Virus record (IMG/VR): IMGVR_UViG_3300042894_003945
Span: 1 to 64,000 of that record
DNA length: 64,000 nucleotides
Origin: a virus
Direction: 5' to 3' (one strand)
The notes beneath the pieces are model-generated. The model saw nothing but the letters and a program-made list of their open reading frames with translations, searched no databases and was not told where the DNA came from. The translations under genes and the position numbers were made by a program. The first letter of the stretch is position 1. Every line of letters starts with the position of its first letter. Of the stretch, positions 29,245 through 39,031 are shown one piece after another.

Positions 29245-29550
29245 TTACACGCCATTTAATATTTCATATTCAGATAATACTCTTTCAAGATTAAAAGGAA
29301 TTCTTAATTGAGTTCCTGGTGTTACAAATATACTATCTCCTGGCAAATTATTAGCAACCATTAACACCCAATAATATTCTGTTGCTTTATAGTATTCATA
29401 AGATATCATATCAAGTCTGTCTCCATATACAGTTTCTATGTAAATGTCTTGATCAGAAAATGGTATGTCTGGATACTTGGAAGCTCTATAGTATCTTACA
29501 GAATTTTGACTTTCCTTAAGTACTTTTATATTTGAATATCTACTACTCAT
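29245..29550 (-). CDS. Baseplate wedge protein (gp53/LysM-like)
   Basis: GDRLD.ISY.YY....YWV...AN....PG.QLRIP. Confidence 0.82.
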   Translation of the reverse strand: MSSRYSNIKVLKESQNSVRYYRASKYPDIPFSDQDIYIETVYGDRLDMISYEYYKATEYYWVLMVANNLPGDSIFVTPGTQLRIPFNLERVLSEYEILNGV

Positions 29551-29552
29551 TT

Positions 29553-31382
29553 TTAATTAGTTTCTTTTGGTGCTAGTCTAGTGTCAGATAACTTTTCTGA
29601 TATTCCATTTAACCATTTTAACCCTTCTTTACTCTTATCAAATCCGTTTATTCCAAAGAAAGGAGCGCTAGCAGATTTTCTTGGAAGGAAGTTATATATT
29701 GGAATAAATGTCATAGTACACTTTATAAGTTGTGGCAGTTCGTGCATATCTGCGTCCCCTCCACTTGTATTTTCAGGCTCTGATAAAGCTATCTCCCAGT
29801 TTGAATCTTCATCCACAATCATATCAAAGCTAGTTATTATTCCTGGTTGATACAAGAAAAAGTCTCCTATGGTTAACTCTGCTATGTTACCTCTCATAAG
29901 CCCGGCACTAGAATAATCTGCTGCCATACTAGATACCAAATAGTTTAATTTCTGGTACAAAGGTTTCATTTCAGCTCTAGAAGAAGCGGCTACAATAAAA
30001 GAAAGTGTTACAGTTTCTGTAAATCCATCATAAGCGTAGAAAGATTCTCCTCTTCCTACGTACTTATAAGCATCCCATTTAGACACCACATTCCTTCGTA
30101 TATTAGATATGTAAGCTCTAAAAACTATATAGACTCCATAGTTAGCTTTTCCTGTTGGGTCTGAAGGTCTATCATTATCTAATACTTTTATTCTAAATTT
30201 AACTATGTCTCTAATAGTTTTTCCATTTACTATTCTATCATTGACATCTAAAAGATCTCCTCCGTCTGAGTCAATAGGTGACTTACTGTAATAAAGTCCT
30301 ATTAGATTTATCCTATCAGAATTTTCCACACTTCCTGTAGCAGTGTACGTCACTCTATCAACAGCTCTTCTAGGTTTTGCTACCCCTATCCTAGTTTCTA
30401 TATTATATTGTTGATAGTTAGCAATAGGAAGAACATTTCCAGCATTTCCTCCTAAATTAAAATTTATAGCATTTTTGTAATCTCTAAAATCAAAATTACT
30501 TCCTAGATTTTTTCTATTACCTTCAAATTCGTTTCCTTGAAATACAGAAGTAGGTAGATCTCTAGGGTCTGTTTCCCCTAATACAAAAGCATTAAAGATG
30601 GTTTGATCGTCTTTTTCATTCTTATTTACATCTATATAAGCAGTTCTAAAAGAATCAGCAAGTTCTCCAAATCTTTGCAAAGTTTTTACAGGTACTGATA
30701 TAAATCCACTTTTTGAATCTACTACTGGATTGTTTATAGAATAGTAGAATCTCCTTATGGTAGTACTGCCTATGCCAAGAAAGGATCCTGCTCCTCCTCC
30801 ATATTTCATTAAAACATTTTCATTTTCATTACCTAACTTTGCTACTAGATTTTGAAGTCTATTATTACCGTCTTTATCCTCAGTTAGTATATAATTTTCA
30901 TAATTTCTCTGACTTTCATTCTGTGGAATTAATCCATGTTTTGTAAATCTGGCTCCTAAAGCTCCTAATGCAACCTGAGCTAATGTGTTTAATCCTAAAG
31001 GATTGTATAATTGGGTTGGTATAATAGTTTTATCAAAGGTATTTACATCTATTTGTTTTATGTTAGGATTGCTTCTCTGAAGACCTGTTTGTTTTAACAA
31101 AAACAAAGGACCTTTAGTAGTTGTATATAAAAACTGAGTAACCCTGGACAGATCGGAAGCAGTTCTGGATGCTAAAGTTACAACTCCAAATTGAGTAAGT
31201 CCATCATCAAAATTAGAAGGAGACCATCTAGTATCAACCCCTCTTACAACAAAAGGTTGGTTACTACTCCCACCACCAGGCCTATCTTTGCCATAAGGTA
31301 GATTATTAGCCGTGAATGTACCATACCCGCTATAATACCTGTGGTTTTCTAAATTATTTGCTAAATCTTGTAATGATGGCAC
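29553..31382 (-). CDS. Baseplate/tube-initiator-like protein
   Basis: C-terminal FRAY..W..Y.GR.E.FY.Y.G, LTIGD..PG.I, WEI, LP motifs; follows tape measure. Confidence 0.65.
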   Translation of the reverse strand: MPSLQDLANNLENHRYYSGYGTFTANNLPYGKDRPGGGSSNQPFVVRGVDTRWSPSNFDDGLTQFGVVTLASRTASDLSRVTQFLYTTTKGPLFLLKQTGLQRSNPNIKQIDVNTFDKTIIPTQLYNPLGLNTLAQVALGALGARFTKHGLIPQNESQRNYENYILTEDKDGNNRLQNLVAKLGNENENVLMKYGGGAGSFLGIGSTTIRRFYYSINNPVVDSKSGFISVPVKTLQRFGELADSFRTAYIDVNKNEKDDQTIFNAFVLGETDPRDLPTSVFQGNEFEGNRKNLGSNFDFRDYKNAINFNLGGNAGNVLPIANYQQYNIETRIGVAKPRRAVDRVTYTATGSVENSDRINLIGLYYSKSPIDSDGGDLLDVNDRIVNGKTIRDIVKFRIKVLDNDRPSDPTGKANYGVYIVFRAYISNIRRNVVSKWDAYKYVGRGESFYAYDGFTETVTLSFIVAASSRAEMKPLYQKLNYLVSSMAADYSSAGLMRGNIAELTIGDFFLYQPGIITSFDMIVDEDSNWEIALSEPENTSGGDADMHELPQLIKCTMTFIPIYNFLPRKSASAPFFGINGFDKSKEGLKWLNGISEKLSDTRLAPKETN

Positions 31383-31393
31383 TTCTAATTGTT

Positions 31394-33673
31394 TTATGCG
31401 TATTTTGTATCTGTTCTTTTCTGGGCTATCCCTATTCCTATTCCGTCTACTTGTAGCACTATGTTATTTTGTATAACTGTATCTTTTTGATTAGCTCCTA
31501 AAGTTTTATCATCTCTCCTATCAGTATTATTCATTTGATTGAACGCACTTGAGCCTTCTACCCTTCTATCAGTATTGTTCATCTGTGGAGTAGGGTATGC
31601 AGTGTTTGGAGCGGAAGGCATAATAGCAGCGGAAGTATTTAAATTAGGAACAACAGAATTAGCTCCTACTTGTGGAGTATATTGAGTATCTTTTCCTGAC
31701 TCGGAGGCGGCAGCTGATATCCCTGCAACAGCGGCTACTCCTGCTAATCCTCCTAAAACTAAAGATAGGCCTCCAGTAGCCATAGCCATAGCTGTTGCTA
31801 AGGATACTGCCAAACCTACTATCACCCCTAAAACTGCTTTTAAAGCAGTGGTATTAGATAAGAACTTTACAATCCCTTCTATAATTTTGATCATAGGACC
31901 AGCAGCCATTTCTGTAAAAAGCTGCTTAATTCTTTCAACAGATTCTTCAAATCTTTTTTGTAAATCTGCTCTAGCTATATCCTGCAATAAAACCTCTCCG
32001 CCTTCTTTTTTTCTTGCTTCTTCCATTAGAGCAGCCATTCCTGCTGTATCATTTCTAGATCTAAGCAAGGCATACTGCTCTTCTAAAGCTTGTTTATTTT
32101 GAAATCCTAATTTATTTAAAACCTCTTGCTCTCTAGCAGCTTTTGTTAACTCTTCTGCTGACATACCTATTGAAGCTGCTAATCTGTCTCTTTGAATAAC
32201 ATTAAGATTTGTTAAACCATTCAGACCCCCCATTTGGTCCATTAACTCTTTAGCAGCTTCTACAGATTTACCATCCAAAGCTAACGCTCTAGCTTTTTCA
32301 AAGTTGAACCTTTTACCTATTAACAACTCAGCTTCTAATTCTCCTGCTATAGATGTTTCAAAATCTAAAAGACTTTTAGAAATTTTTTGTGTTTGTTCTA
32401 AAGATAATCCTAATTTATTTGCTTCTATTACTGCTTTAGCAATTAAATCCGGATTGTTTTTATACATTACAGATATTTCGGAATTGATTTTAGAAATATC
32501 TGATATTATTTTTCTATATGATATTGCTGTCGTGTTTTGCTTTATTGCATTTTGTAAAATATCATCAGCTGATTTTCCAGATAACAAAGATATTTTTTGT
32601 ATTCCTGCTGATTCTTCTTTAGAAAGTCCCATTTGTTTTGTTAACAAAATTTGACTTTGTACCATTTTAGAAGTAAATAAAGAGTTTGTCTCTAAAACTT
32701 CCTGTAGCTCTGCTGTAGCAGCGACTTGGTTTTTTACTGATAAAAAAGCAGAATCTAGTCCCTTTACTATGTTTCTGTTTTCATTAGATATCTGTCTGAA
32801 GTTATCTAATATTCCTATAGCTGAGTTTCTAGTAATACCTAAATTATTACTAATTTGTACTAGTTGCTTATCAAAATCAAAAGCTAATTTTACTAATGCT
32901 TTTATAGCAGCTGCTACTGCGGCTATAGCAACTAAGATTAGAAACAAAGGGCTTTTTACCACTCGCATTATTTCACTTCCTAAAGCACTAAAACCCTCTC
33001 TACTGCTTACTTTAAACGCATCAGATATTTTCTTAAAGTCCATAAAGTCTTTTAAGAAAGGTATTCCAGTCATAGAACCAAATATCTTAGCCAATGCACT
33101 AGCTTTTAATTGAGCTTCTTTTACTTTAGCGTTCCCTTTATCTAATAAATCATTTAATTTTTTTAATTCTTCAGCATTTAATTCTCTTGCATTTTTCTCT
33201 TTCATTAAAACATAAAGAGCTTGTTCATCGGCAGTTACTTTTTTTCTTACTTTCTTATCTGTTGATTCAACTCTTTTCTCAATGTCTGCATACATAGTCT
33301 TTAGATCTTGTGCAGGCTTATTACTTTTTTGCAGAGATTTATTTATATCATTTTGTATTTTGTCTATATTAGTCTGTATAACTTGTGTCTCAATTGAATT
33401 TGCATTTATTCTGGATTGTATAATTTCCTGATCTATATATTCTCTGCCTATCTTGGACGCTAAATTTCTAGTATCGTCTAATGCGTGTTTTAAATCAGTA
33501 GAGAGTTCAAAAGATGTTTTTAATAAAGTAGAACTTTTTTTAAATTCTTTTGATAAATCTTTAACAGCGTCTACAGAAGTCAATACGTTAGCCCTAATCT
33601 TAGTTATTTCAGTAGCGACATCTCTAGCTCCCTTAAGTGTATCATCAAAAGACCCTGTTCCTGAATTGGTCAT
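31394..33673 (-). CDS. Tape measure protein
   Basis: Long alpha-helical Ala/Leu/Lys-rich protein with hydrophobic segments; position after tail chaperones. Confidence 0.78.
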   Translation of the reverse strand: MTNSGTGSFDDTLKGARDVATEITKIRANVLTSVDAVKDLSKEFKKSSTLLKTSFELSTDLKHALDDTRNLASKIGREYIDQEIIQSRINANSIETQVIQTNIDKIQNDINKSLQKSNKPAQDLKTMYADIEKRVESTDKKVRKKVTADEQALYVLMKEKNARELNAEELKKLNDLLDKGNAKVKEAQLKASALAKIFGSMTGIPFLKDFMDFKKISDAFKVSSREGFSALGSEIMRVVKSPLFLILVAIAAVAAAIKALVKLAFDFDKQLVQISNNLGITRNSAIGILDNFRQISNENRNIVKGLDSAFLSVKNQVAATAELQEVLETNSLFTSKMVQSQILLTKQMGLSKEESAGIQKISLLSGKSADDILQNAIKQNTTAISYRKIISDISKINSEISVMYKNNPDLIAKAVIEANKLGLSLEQTQKISKSLLDFETSIAGELEAELLIGKRFNFEKARALALDGKSVEAAKELMDQMGGLNGLTNLNVIQRDRLAASIGMSAEELTKAAREQEVLNKLGFQNKQALEEQYALLRSRNDTAGMAALMEEARKKEGGEVLLQDIARADLQKRFEESVERIKQLFTEMAAGPMIKIIEGIVKFLSNTTALKAVLGVIVGLAVSLATAMAMATGGLSLVLGGLAGVAAVAGISAAASESGKDTQYTPQVGANSVVPNLNTSAAIMPSAPNTAYPTPQMNNTDRRVEGSSAFNQMNNTDRRDDKTLGANQKDTVIQNNIVLQVDGIGIGIAQKRTDTKYA

Positions 33674-33687
33674 CTTTAAGCTTTATA

Positions 33688-33695
33688 TATAAATA
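33688..33695 (-). promoter_or_regulatory. Putative late promoter TATTTATA
   Basis: About 15 nt upstream of the tape-measure start. Confidence 0.55.
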
Positions 33696-33704
33696 TTAAA
33701 GCCG

Positions 33705-33989
33705 CTATTTTTTACTAGCGGCTCTAGGGGATACGTAATCTGCCATATGTTCTTTTCTCTTGGCTAGGTCTTCCATGTTTAAGGTAGTACCTTTATTTTG
33801 TGCTTTTTCTATTTCATCATTATGTTTTTTAATGATATCAGATAGTTTTTTTATATTCATAAGCCTATATGATGCAGGCATATGGTAGGCTTGTTGATAA
33901 GATATTGCACCTTGGCTATTCATTGATAACCAAAGCAATTCATCAAACATATAATTTCTATACTCCGAACTCAGGCCAAAAAAAGTCAA
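33705..33989 (-). CDS. Tail assembly chaperone, downstream part (probably produced by frameshift)
   Basis: G.IS...AY.MP..YR motif; overlaps the upstream ORF across a T7 run. Confidence 0.7.
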   Translation of the reverse strand: MTFFGLSSEYRNYMFDELLWLSMNSQGAISYQQAYHMPASYRLMNIKKLSDIIKKHNDEIEKAQNKGTTLNMEDLAKRKEHMADYVSPRAASKK

Positions 33990-34722
33990 CAGTCATGGGT
34001 AGACTAAGGCCCTCCACAACCTCTCCATTAACAGTTGTAAAATCAAACTTCATTACTATGTCTGGGGTATTGTCTGCTATGTTTTTTCTAAGGCTTTGAG
34101 AATCCCTTATAGGCATTGTTTTGATAAAATCTCTAACTACTTTTTTATCTCTATCCCCATCCACCGCTACTATTGAATGTGCAAGTCTTACTGTAACGTC
34201 TGAAGAAAGGTTCTTATTTACCTTTTGTAACCCTCTTATCTCTGCATCAATAGCCATTTCATCCTTATGGGTAGCTATTTTATAAGTTATTAACTTACCT
34301 GACATAGGGAGCTGGTAATTAAATTCATTAACTCCTTTTTTAACTTTATCCCAATCTATCTCTTTTTCCTTTAATGTAGATAAATCTACCGTAACCTCTT
34401 CAGGTACTGTTGATCCTGCCGGAGTATATTTAAAAGGGTACTTGCTACCATATGCTAATATCCTAGCTCCTATCATGATAGCGTTTTTATCTCCTATAAG
34501 AAGATCATTGTAGTCAATTTTACTTGCTATAATAGCCTGTAAAAACTTGTCAATAACTACTCCTTGTTGAATAAAGTTTCTATTTGTTAAGATGTCTTCA
34601 TGCATTGCAGTAGGTAGGTATAACTCAACTTGTCCTGAACTTAGGGGGCTGCTTTCTGGGTAGAGGAACCCTTTTGAGGGAAGGTCTAAAGGTTGTGTCG
34701 GAACATTCATTAAATCTGCCAT
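33958..34722 (-). CDS. Tail/baseplate assembly chaperone (T4 gp26-like)
   Basis: LPSKG..YP, EDILT, LLIGDK.AI....R..AYG, C-terminal DFFWP. Confidence 0.8.
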   Translation of the reverse strand: MADLMNVPTQPLDLPSKGFLYPESSPLSSGQVELYLPTAMHEDILTNRNFIQQGVVIDKFLQAIIASKIDYNDLLIGDKNAIMIGARILAYGSKYPFKYTPAGSTVPEEVTVDLSTLKEKEIDWDKVKKGVNEFNYQLPMSGKLITYKIATHKDEMAIDAEIRGLQKVNKNLSSDVTVRLAHSIVAVDGDRDKKVVRDFIKTMPIRDSQSLRKNIADNTPDIVMKFDFTTVNGEVVEGLSLPMTVDFFWPEFGV

Positions 34723-34739
34723 AAACTATATTTTGTATA

Positions 34740-34747
34740 TATAAATA
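34740..34747 (-). promoter_or_regulatory. Putative late promoter TATTTATA
   Basis: Lies between the terminator and the chaperone start. Confidence 0.55.
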
Positions 34748-34766
34748 TACGAATTTATTTTTTTAT

Positions 34767-34796
34767 AAAAAAGAAACCCACCTAATATCGGTGGGT
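34767..34796 (-). terminator. Rho-independent terminator
   Basis: ACCCACC-7nt-GGTGGGT stem followed by TTCTTTTTT on the minus strand. Confidence 0.8.
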
Positions 34797-34822
34797 CTTT
34801 TGTATGGGTGTTTGGGGTATTT

Positions 34823-35449
34823 TTATTTAATCCAACCTTCTTTTAAAGAGTGTTGCAACATTACTCTAGCTAGCTTCTCTTCGTCTAATTCACCACTCTT
34901 CATTTTCCTTTTAAGATCTGCCATCTTTTGTGGGGTCATCTTAGCAGATATCTTTTCTACAGCTGCTGGTTCTTTAACCAACTTAGTCAAAGCCTTTTTA
35001 AACTTGCCTACATGCTTTTCAGCCTCTTTTTCTTCTTCAGCCTGTGCTTTCTCTTCAAGCATCATTTCATGGGCTGTAAGGGCTTCTAATGCAGCCTTAG
35101 CAGATTCCATTTGCTTCATTGCTTTTTCAGCAAGTCTTTGCTTCTTTGGATCTTCTTTAGCTTCTGCCATTGTCTTTAGCTTGTCTACTATTTCTGATAC
35201 TTGACCTGCTATGTCAGATGCTTTTACTTCGTTTTCTAGTACTTCTGTATTTGCTACTTCTTCTTCTGTTGCTTCTTTTTGCCCTTGCGTTTTAATCTCT
35301 ATAGTCTCTCCTGAAGGGGTTTTTTGTAACTCTTGTTGTTGTGCAGGAGTTAAAGTTTTCCCATCCTTAGTTACAAAAACTTTTTTTTCTTCTAATTCTT
35401 CTTTAATTATTTTCTTAATAAGACTATCAAGTTTTTGAATTTGCTTCAT
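34823..35449 (-). CDS. Highly charged helical phage protein
   Basis: E/K-rich coiled coil with its own promoter motifs and terminator. Confidence 0.7.
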   Translation of the reverse strand: MKQIQKLDSLIKKIIKEELEEKKVFVTKDGKTLTPAQQQELQKTPSGETIEIKTQGQKEATEEEVANTEVLENEVKASDIAGQVSEIVDKLKTMAEAKEDPKKQRLAEKAMKQMESAKAALEALTAHEMMLEEKAQAEEEKEAEKHVGKFKKALTKLVKEPAAVEKISAKMTPQKMADLKRKMKSGELDEEKLARVMLQHSLKEGWIK

Positions 35450-35469
35450 TTTATAATGCGATTTGTGTA

Positions 35470-35500
35470 TATAAATATCAAATTTAGTGTATAAATATCA
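35470..35500 (-). promoter_or_regulatory. Tandem pair of TGATATTTATA motifs, 20 nt apart
   Basis: TATAAATATCA at 35470-35480 and 35490-35500 (plus strand). Confidence 0.6.
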
Positions 35501-35502
35501 GA

Positions 35503-36093
35503 TTAGAAACCTTCCTCAGTAAAAATCTTCTCAATTCTCTTAGGAAGTTTTTTATAATTCATATTAAATCTAGGAGACATAGCTTCTATAAGCTTTTTAT
35601 TACTGTAAGGACTGTTTTTGGTAGTACACCACCTCCTAGAAATCAACATATAGTTGTAAAAATGCACATATGAATTAGCTTTCTTGGTATAATTTTCAAT
35701 ATCAATAGGCAATTCAAAATCTTTTATTAGCTGAACAGACCTTTTTTCATTGTCTAACTCCAGATCTCTACAGTTTGCTATGTGTTTTTTTATATTTACT
35801 ACGCTATTTCCTTCTAACCAGTAATCTAGTAAAGCCATACTCTTCATACAGGCTTTCCATAAAGGAATCTGTTCTTTCCATTGAGTCAGGTGACAATACT
35901 CATGGACTAATATTTCTACAGAATCCTTCCTACCCATAGAACAAACTAAGGTAGGTACAGTTTCGTCAAAATATCCTGAGGCTTTTATAGAATTGGTGAC
36001 TTTTACATACTTTGTCTTCCTTAAATCGCATTTAACGCCTTCTTTTCGGCATTCTGCCTTAACAAAAGCGATAAAGTACTTAAGTTTATCCAT
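35503..36093 (-). CDS. Putative zinc metallopeptidase (HExxH)
   Basis: EILVHEYCHLTQ with downstream ELDNE glutamates. Confidence 0.65.
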   Translation of the reverse strand: MDKLKYFIAFVKAECRKEGVKCDLRKTKYVKVTNSIKASGYFDETVPTLVCSMGRKDSVEILVHEYCHLTQWKEQIPLWKACMKSMALLDYWLEGNSVVNIKKHIANCRDLELDNEKRSVQLIKDFELPIDIENYTKKANSYVHFYNYMLISRRWCTTKNSPYSNKKLIEAMSPRFNMNYKKLPKRIEKIFTEEGF

Positions 36094-36105
36094 AGTATAT
36101 ACATT

Positions 36106-36136
36106 AAAAAACCCGCCATAAATAAATATGACGGGT
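36106..36136 (-). terminator. Rho-independent terminator after the tail tube gene
   Basis: ACCCGUCAUA-UUUAUU-UAUGGCGGGU stem (one G-U pair) plus U tract. Confidence 0.8.
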
Positions 36137-36160
36137 CTTTCCTTTTTAAAGATATGTTAA

Positions 36161-36652
36161 TTAGAAGTTCAAGACCATTCCTGAGTTTCCTAATGTCATT
36201 TCTATTGTGGTGTAGGCGTCCAAAGACCAGTCCCAATCACCAAAAGAAGATACATTCTTAATGTAAGCCTTCTTGATTACCCACTCATTCACTATGTTTC
36301 CTACAGGATCGATAGCGTTGAAGGTAATGTCTTTCCAGTAGAAGTCACCGTAGCCAGCACGACCTGTTACAGTTTCGTAACCAAGTCTAGCCCATTCCAT
36401 AACTGCCTGCGCACCTGAAGGAGACACTGGGTTATAGAGACTAAGGGTTACATCATTCCATCTACGCTTAGCACGAAACTTCACGTATGAGTTGATGTTG
36501 TCGATGATAACTTCTCCATCATCGTATCCTATACCTCCTACCTTTTTGATCAGGTAGGAAGGGACTCCTTGTATATACATTATGAATCTATGTTGGAGGA
36601 TTGGTTCAAACAATGTGCCCAACATTTCATCGGGAGTACTAAGTATTGCCAT
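36161..36652 (-). CDS. Tail tube protein (T4 gp19-like)
   Basis: FEP....RF, W.DVTLSLY.P..PSGAQAVMEW, GY.DFY.KD, W.IK.A; directly after sheath. Confidence 0.9.
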   Translation of the reverse strand: MAILSTPDEMLGTLFEPILQHRFIMYIQGVPSYLIKKVGGIGYDDGEVIIDNINSYVKFRAKRRWNDVTLSLYNPVSPSGAQAVMEWARLGYETVTGRAGYGDFYWKDITFNAIDPVGNIVNEWVIKKAYIKNVSSFGDWDWSLDAYTTIEMTLGNSGMVLNF

Positions 36653-36686
36653 TTTATTCTAGTTTATTCTATTAATAAATATTATA

Positions 36687-38945
36687 TTATCCGAAATTAA
36701 CCCCAGTAGCTGTGATATTGAATTCCAACAAGATGAATTCGATAGACTTCACAGGAGATACGTAGATCTTACCTACGAGTTGGTTACGATCGATTACATC
36801 ATTAGTATTCAAAGTATCATCAATCTGAATACGGAAGGCATACAAACCTTGACGAGATTGTACACTCTCCATGTAAGGAGTTATTGCTGAGATAAGATTA
36901 TTCCTAGTGGCAATAGTATTATTCTCAAACACATAGTTAAGAGCAACTCCGCTAATGTATTCACGTAAGTTGATTAACAATCTACGAACGTTGATACGAT
37001 TCAAAGCTGTATCTCTAACTTGTAGAGTCTTCTGACCCCAGATTACTACTCCGCTAGTTTGGAATTTAGCAATTGGGTTAACTCTACCATTGTAAAGAGC
37101 ATCTCTATCCGCCTTAGTCAGACGTATACGAGTGTCTATTGCTCCACCAAGACCTCCACGGTTAAGACCAGCAGGAGCAAACCACTCGGCAGCTACTCTG
37201 TCATTATATGCGTAAGCTTGTGGAACTATTACAGTTGGAGGAACGAATATATCTTTAGTGCTATTCAAATCCTTAACTTTAACCCAAGGATAGTAAGCAG
37301 CGCTGTAGCTAGAATCAAGACCAGCAGCAGTAGCTACCGCAGTAACAACTGTAGAGTTTAGACCTGTAAGATCACGGAGATATACCGCATCAGTACGCTC
37401 TTCGCACATATTCTCTGCAAGGAGTGTTACAGGCGAGTGATACTCTTCAATTACACCAGGCAAAGCCAACAAATCAAAGTTATACTCTTCTACATTAGAT
37501 AGAATGTCTATAGCTTTTTGATAAGATGCAGCTCCGGCAGCAGTTCCGCTAGATAAATTAAATCCAAACAAGTTAGATGCTGATATATCTTTTCCTTTCT
37601 TCTTTATAGTAGTGATGTTCATACCATCAGTACCACCTTGGAAAGGAAGCATAAATTTGTTATCTGCACCAGGCTTGGTGAAAGCTACGTTAGAACCAGT
37701 GCCAGCTCCTAGAGGAAGTGGGTTCAAATAGTTCCAGTTATCGCCATTAGAGTAATCAAATCCAGAGAATGAAACACTAGCAGCAGTGCTACTAAGCATT
37801 ACTGCAGCTGGTAAGAACTTACCACTAAATCCAGCAATTGGCTCATACAAAGCCTCATGTCCATTTGGATAAAGTTGAGGGAAGATAGCGCCATCAGCAA
37901 CTCCTTCAGCAAGTTCTACACGAATATAGTTAGATCTGCTATCAAAATCACCGTATTGAATAACTTTAGCAAGAGTTACGTTGTATTCAGAATACTTGTC
38001 TCCGATTGCTTTTGCTATATAATTAGGTGCATTTGGATCTAAAGAAACTCCTACAAATTGTTCGATTATAGATGGAGCCCTGTCAATATCATTCCACTGA
38101 CGTACTATGACATCAAATGTAGAATAATCTGCAGCTGTAGCTCCTTGACTAATGTTGTCTATACCAACTTTAATATCTTTGTTGGTTTTCAAACCATCAG
38201 ACCTGTGGTGGAACTTAAACAACTTAACTCCACTATCAGAAACAACCCATGGAGTAGATGCGTGATCATATCCTCCAGGATTAGAGCTAGTGAACTCACA
38301 GTTAGTAGCTGTGAATACTAATGAGTCGTTTATGCTTCCAGTATAAGAACCGTTAACAGCAAGCGCACTTCCTGTGATGTGGTTACTAAATAATAAATAA
38401 GGGAATACGGAACCAGTTTGATAGTTCTCATCTGTACCCAATACTTTAGATATATAAGTAGCAGAGGTTGGATTTAATGAAGCGCTGAAAGAAGAACTGA
38501 AAGCTCCACTTCCACTGTAGCCTATAAAAAATCCATTGAAAGCATTATAAGTGCCTCCTACGAAAGAAGCGGTACCTATACCTACTGCTGCAGTATCGTT
38601 CTTAGTTGGGTAAATTACACTAAGGATAGTGCTACCGCTAATTATAGCTGCTAAAGGTCTAGTATTAGTGTATATGTATCCACCATTACCAAGTATTCTA
38701 GTTACTTTTGCTGTATTTCCAGCTTGTAAGTAACTATAAACAGTTTGCGGAACATAGCTGTTTGCACCATCGGCACCAAACAACGCAGTAAATTGGCTGT
38801 AGCTAGTAACGTCTACTGGAACGAAAGCAGGGCCTTTTTCAGTAGGTCCTACTACAGCAAGGCCTGTTTGTTCAGTACCTTGAGAGTAGAAGCTCTGATC
38901 GTTTTCGTAGGCATAGACGCCAGCGGAAAGAATTTGTTCTGTCAT
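36687..38945 (-). CDS. Contractile tail sheath protein (gp18-like)
   Basis: SAGVY..E.D, GPT.KGP, YYPW, WFAPAGLNRG, NPIA, WGQKTLQ, RINVRRLL, FE.N. Confidence 0.96.
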   Translation of the reverse strand: MTEQILSAGVYAYENDQSFYSQGTEQTGLAVVGPTEKGPAFVPVDVTSYSQFTALFGADGANSYVPQTVYSYLQAGNTAKVTRILGNGGYIYTNTRPLAAIISGSTILSVIYPTKNDTAAVGIGTASFVGGTYNAFNGFFIGYSGSGAFSSSFSASLNPTSATYISKVLGTDENYQTGSVFPYLLFSNHITGSALAVNGSYTGSINDSLVFTATNCEFTSSNPGGYDHASTPWVVSDSGVKLFKFHHRSDGLKTNKDIKVGIDNISQGATAADYSTFDVIVRQWNDIDRAPSIIEQFVGVSLDPNAPNYIAKAIGDKYSEYNVTLAKVIQYGDFDSRSNYIRVELAEGVADGAIFPQLYPNGHEALYEPIAGFSGKFLPAAVMLSSTAASVSFSGFDYSNGDNWNYLNPLPLGAGTGSNVAFTKPGADNKFMLPFQGGTDGMNITTIKKKGKDISASNLFGFNLSSGTAAGAASYQKAIDILSNVEEYNFDLLALPGVIEEYHSPVTLLAENMCEERTDAVYLRDLTGLNSTVVTAVATAAGLDSSYSAAYYPWVKVKDLNSTKDIFVPPTVIVPQAYAYNDRVAAEWFAPAGLNRGGLGGAIDTRIRLTKADRDALYNGRVNPIAKFQTSGVVIWGQKTLQVRDTALNRINVRRLLINLREYISGVALNYVFENNTIATRNNLISAITPYMESVQSRQGLYAFRIQIDDTLNTNDVIDRNQLVGKIYVSPVKSIEFILLEFNITATGVNFG

Positions 38946-38983
38946 TTTCTATAAGATTTGAAAAATATTGTGTATTGATACGT

Positions 38984-38994
38984 TAATAAATATC
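38984..38994 (-). promoter_or_regulatory. Putative late promoter GATATTTATTA upstream of sheath
   Basis: Motif variant lying in an inverted repeat TATTGATA..TATCAATA (38973-38998). Confidence 0.5.
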
Positions 38995-39031
38995 AATAAT
39001 TTTCAGCAAAAAAATGACAGAACAATATTTA

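Noticed and set aside
31510-31590. Short duplicated QMNNTDRR peptide near the tape-measure C-terminus
   Set aside because: It is real but only two copies in a low-complexity tail, with no evidence of function.
36021-36236. 71-aa minus-strand ORF bridging the tube and peptidase genes, and other short plus-strand ORFs in the track
   Set aside because: They overlap well-supported genes or a terminator and lack recognisable motifs.
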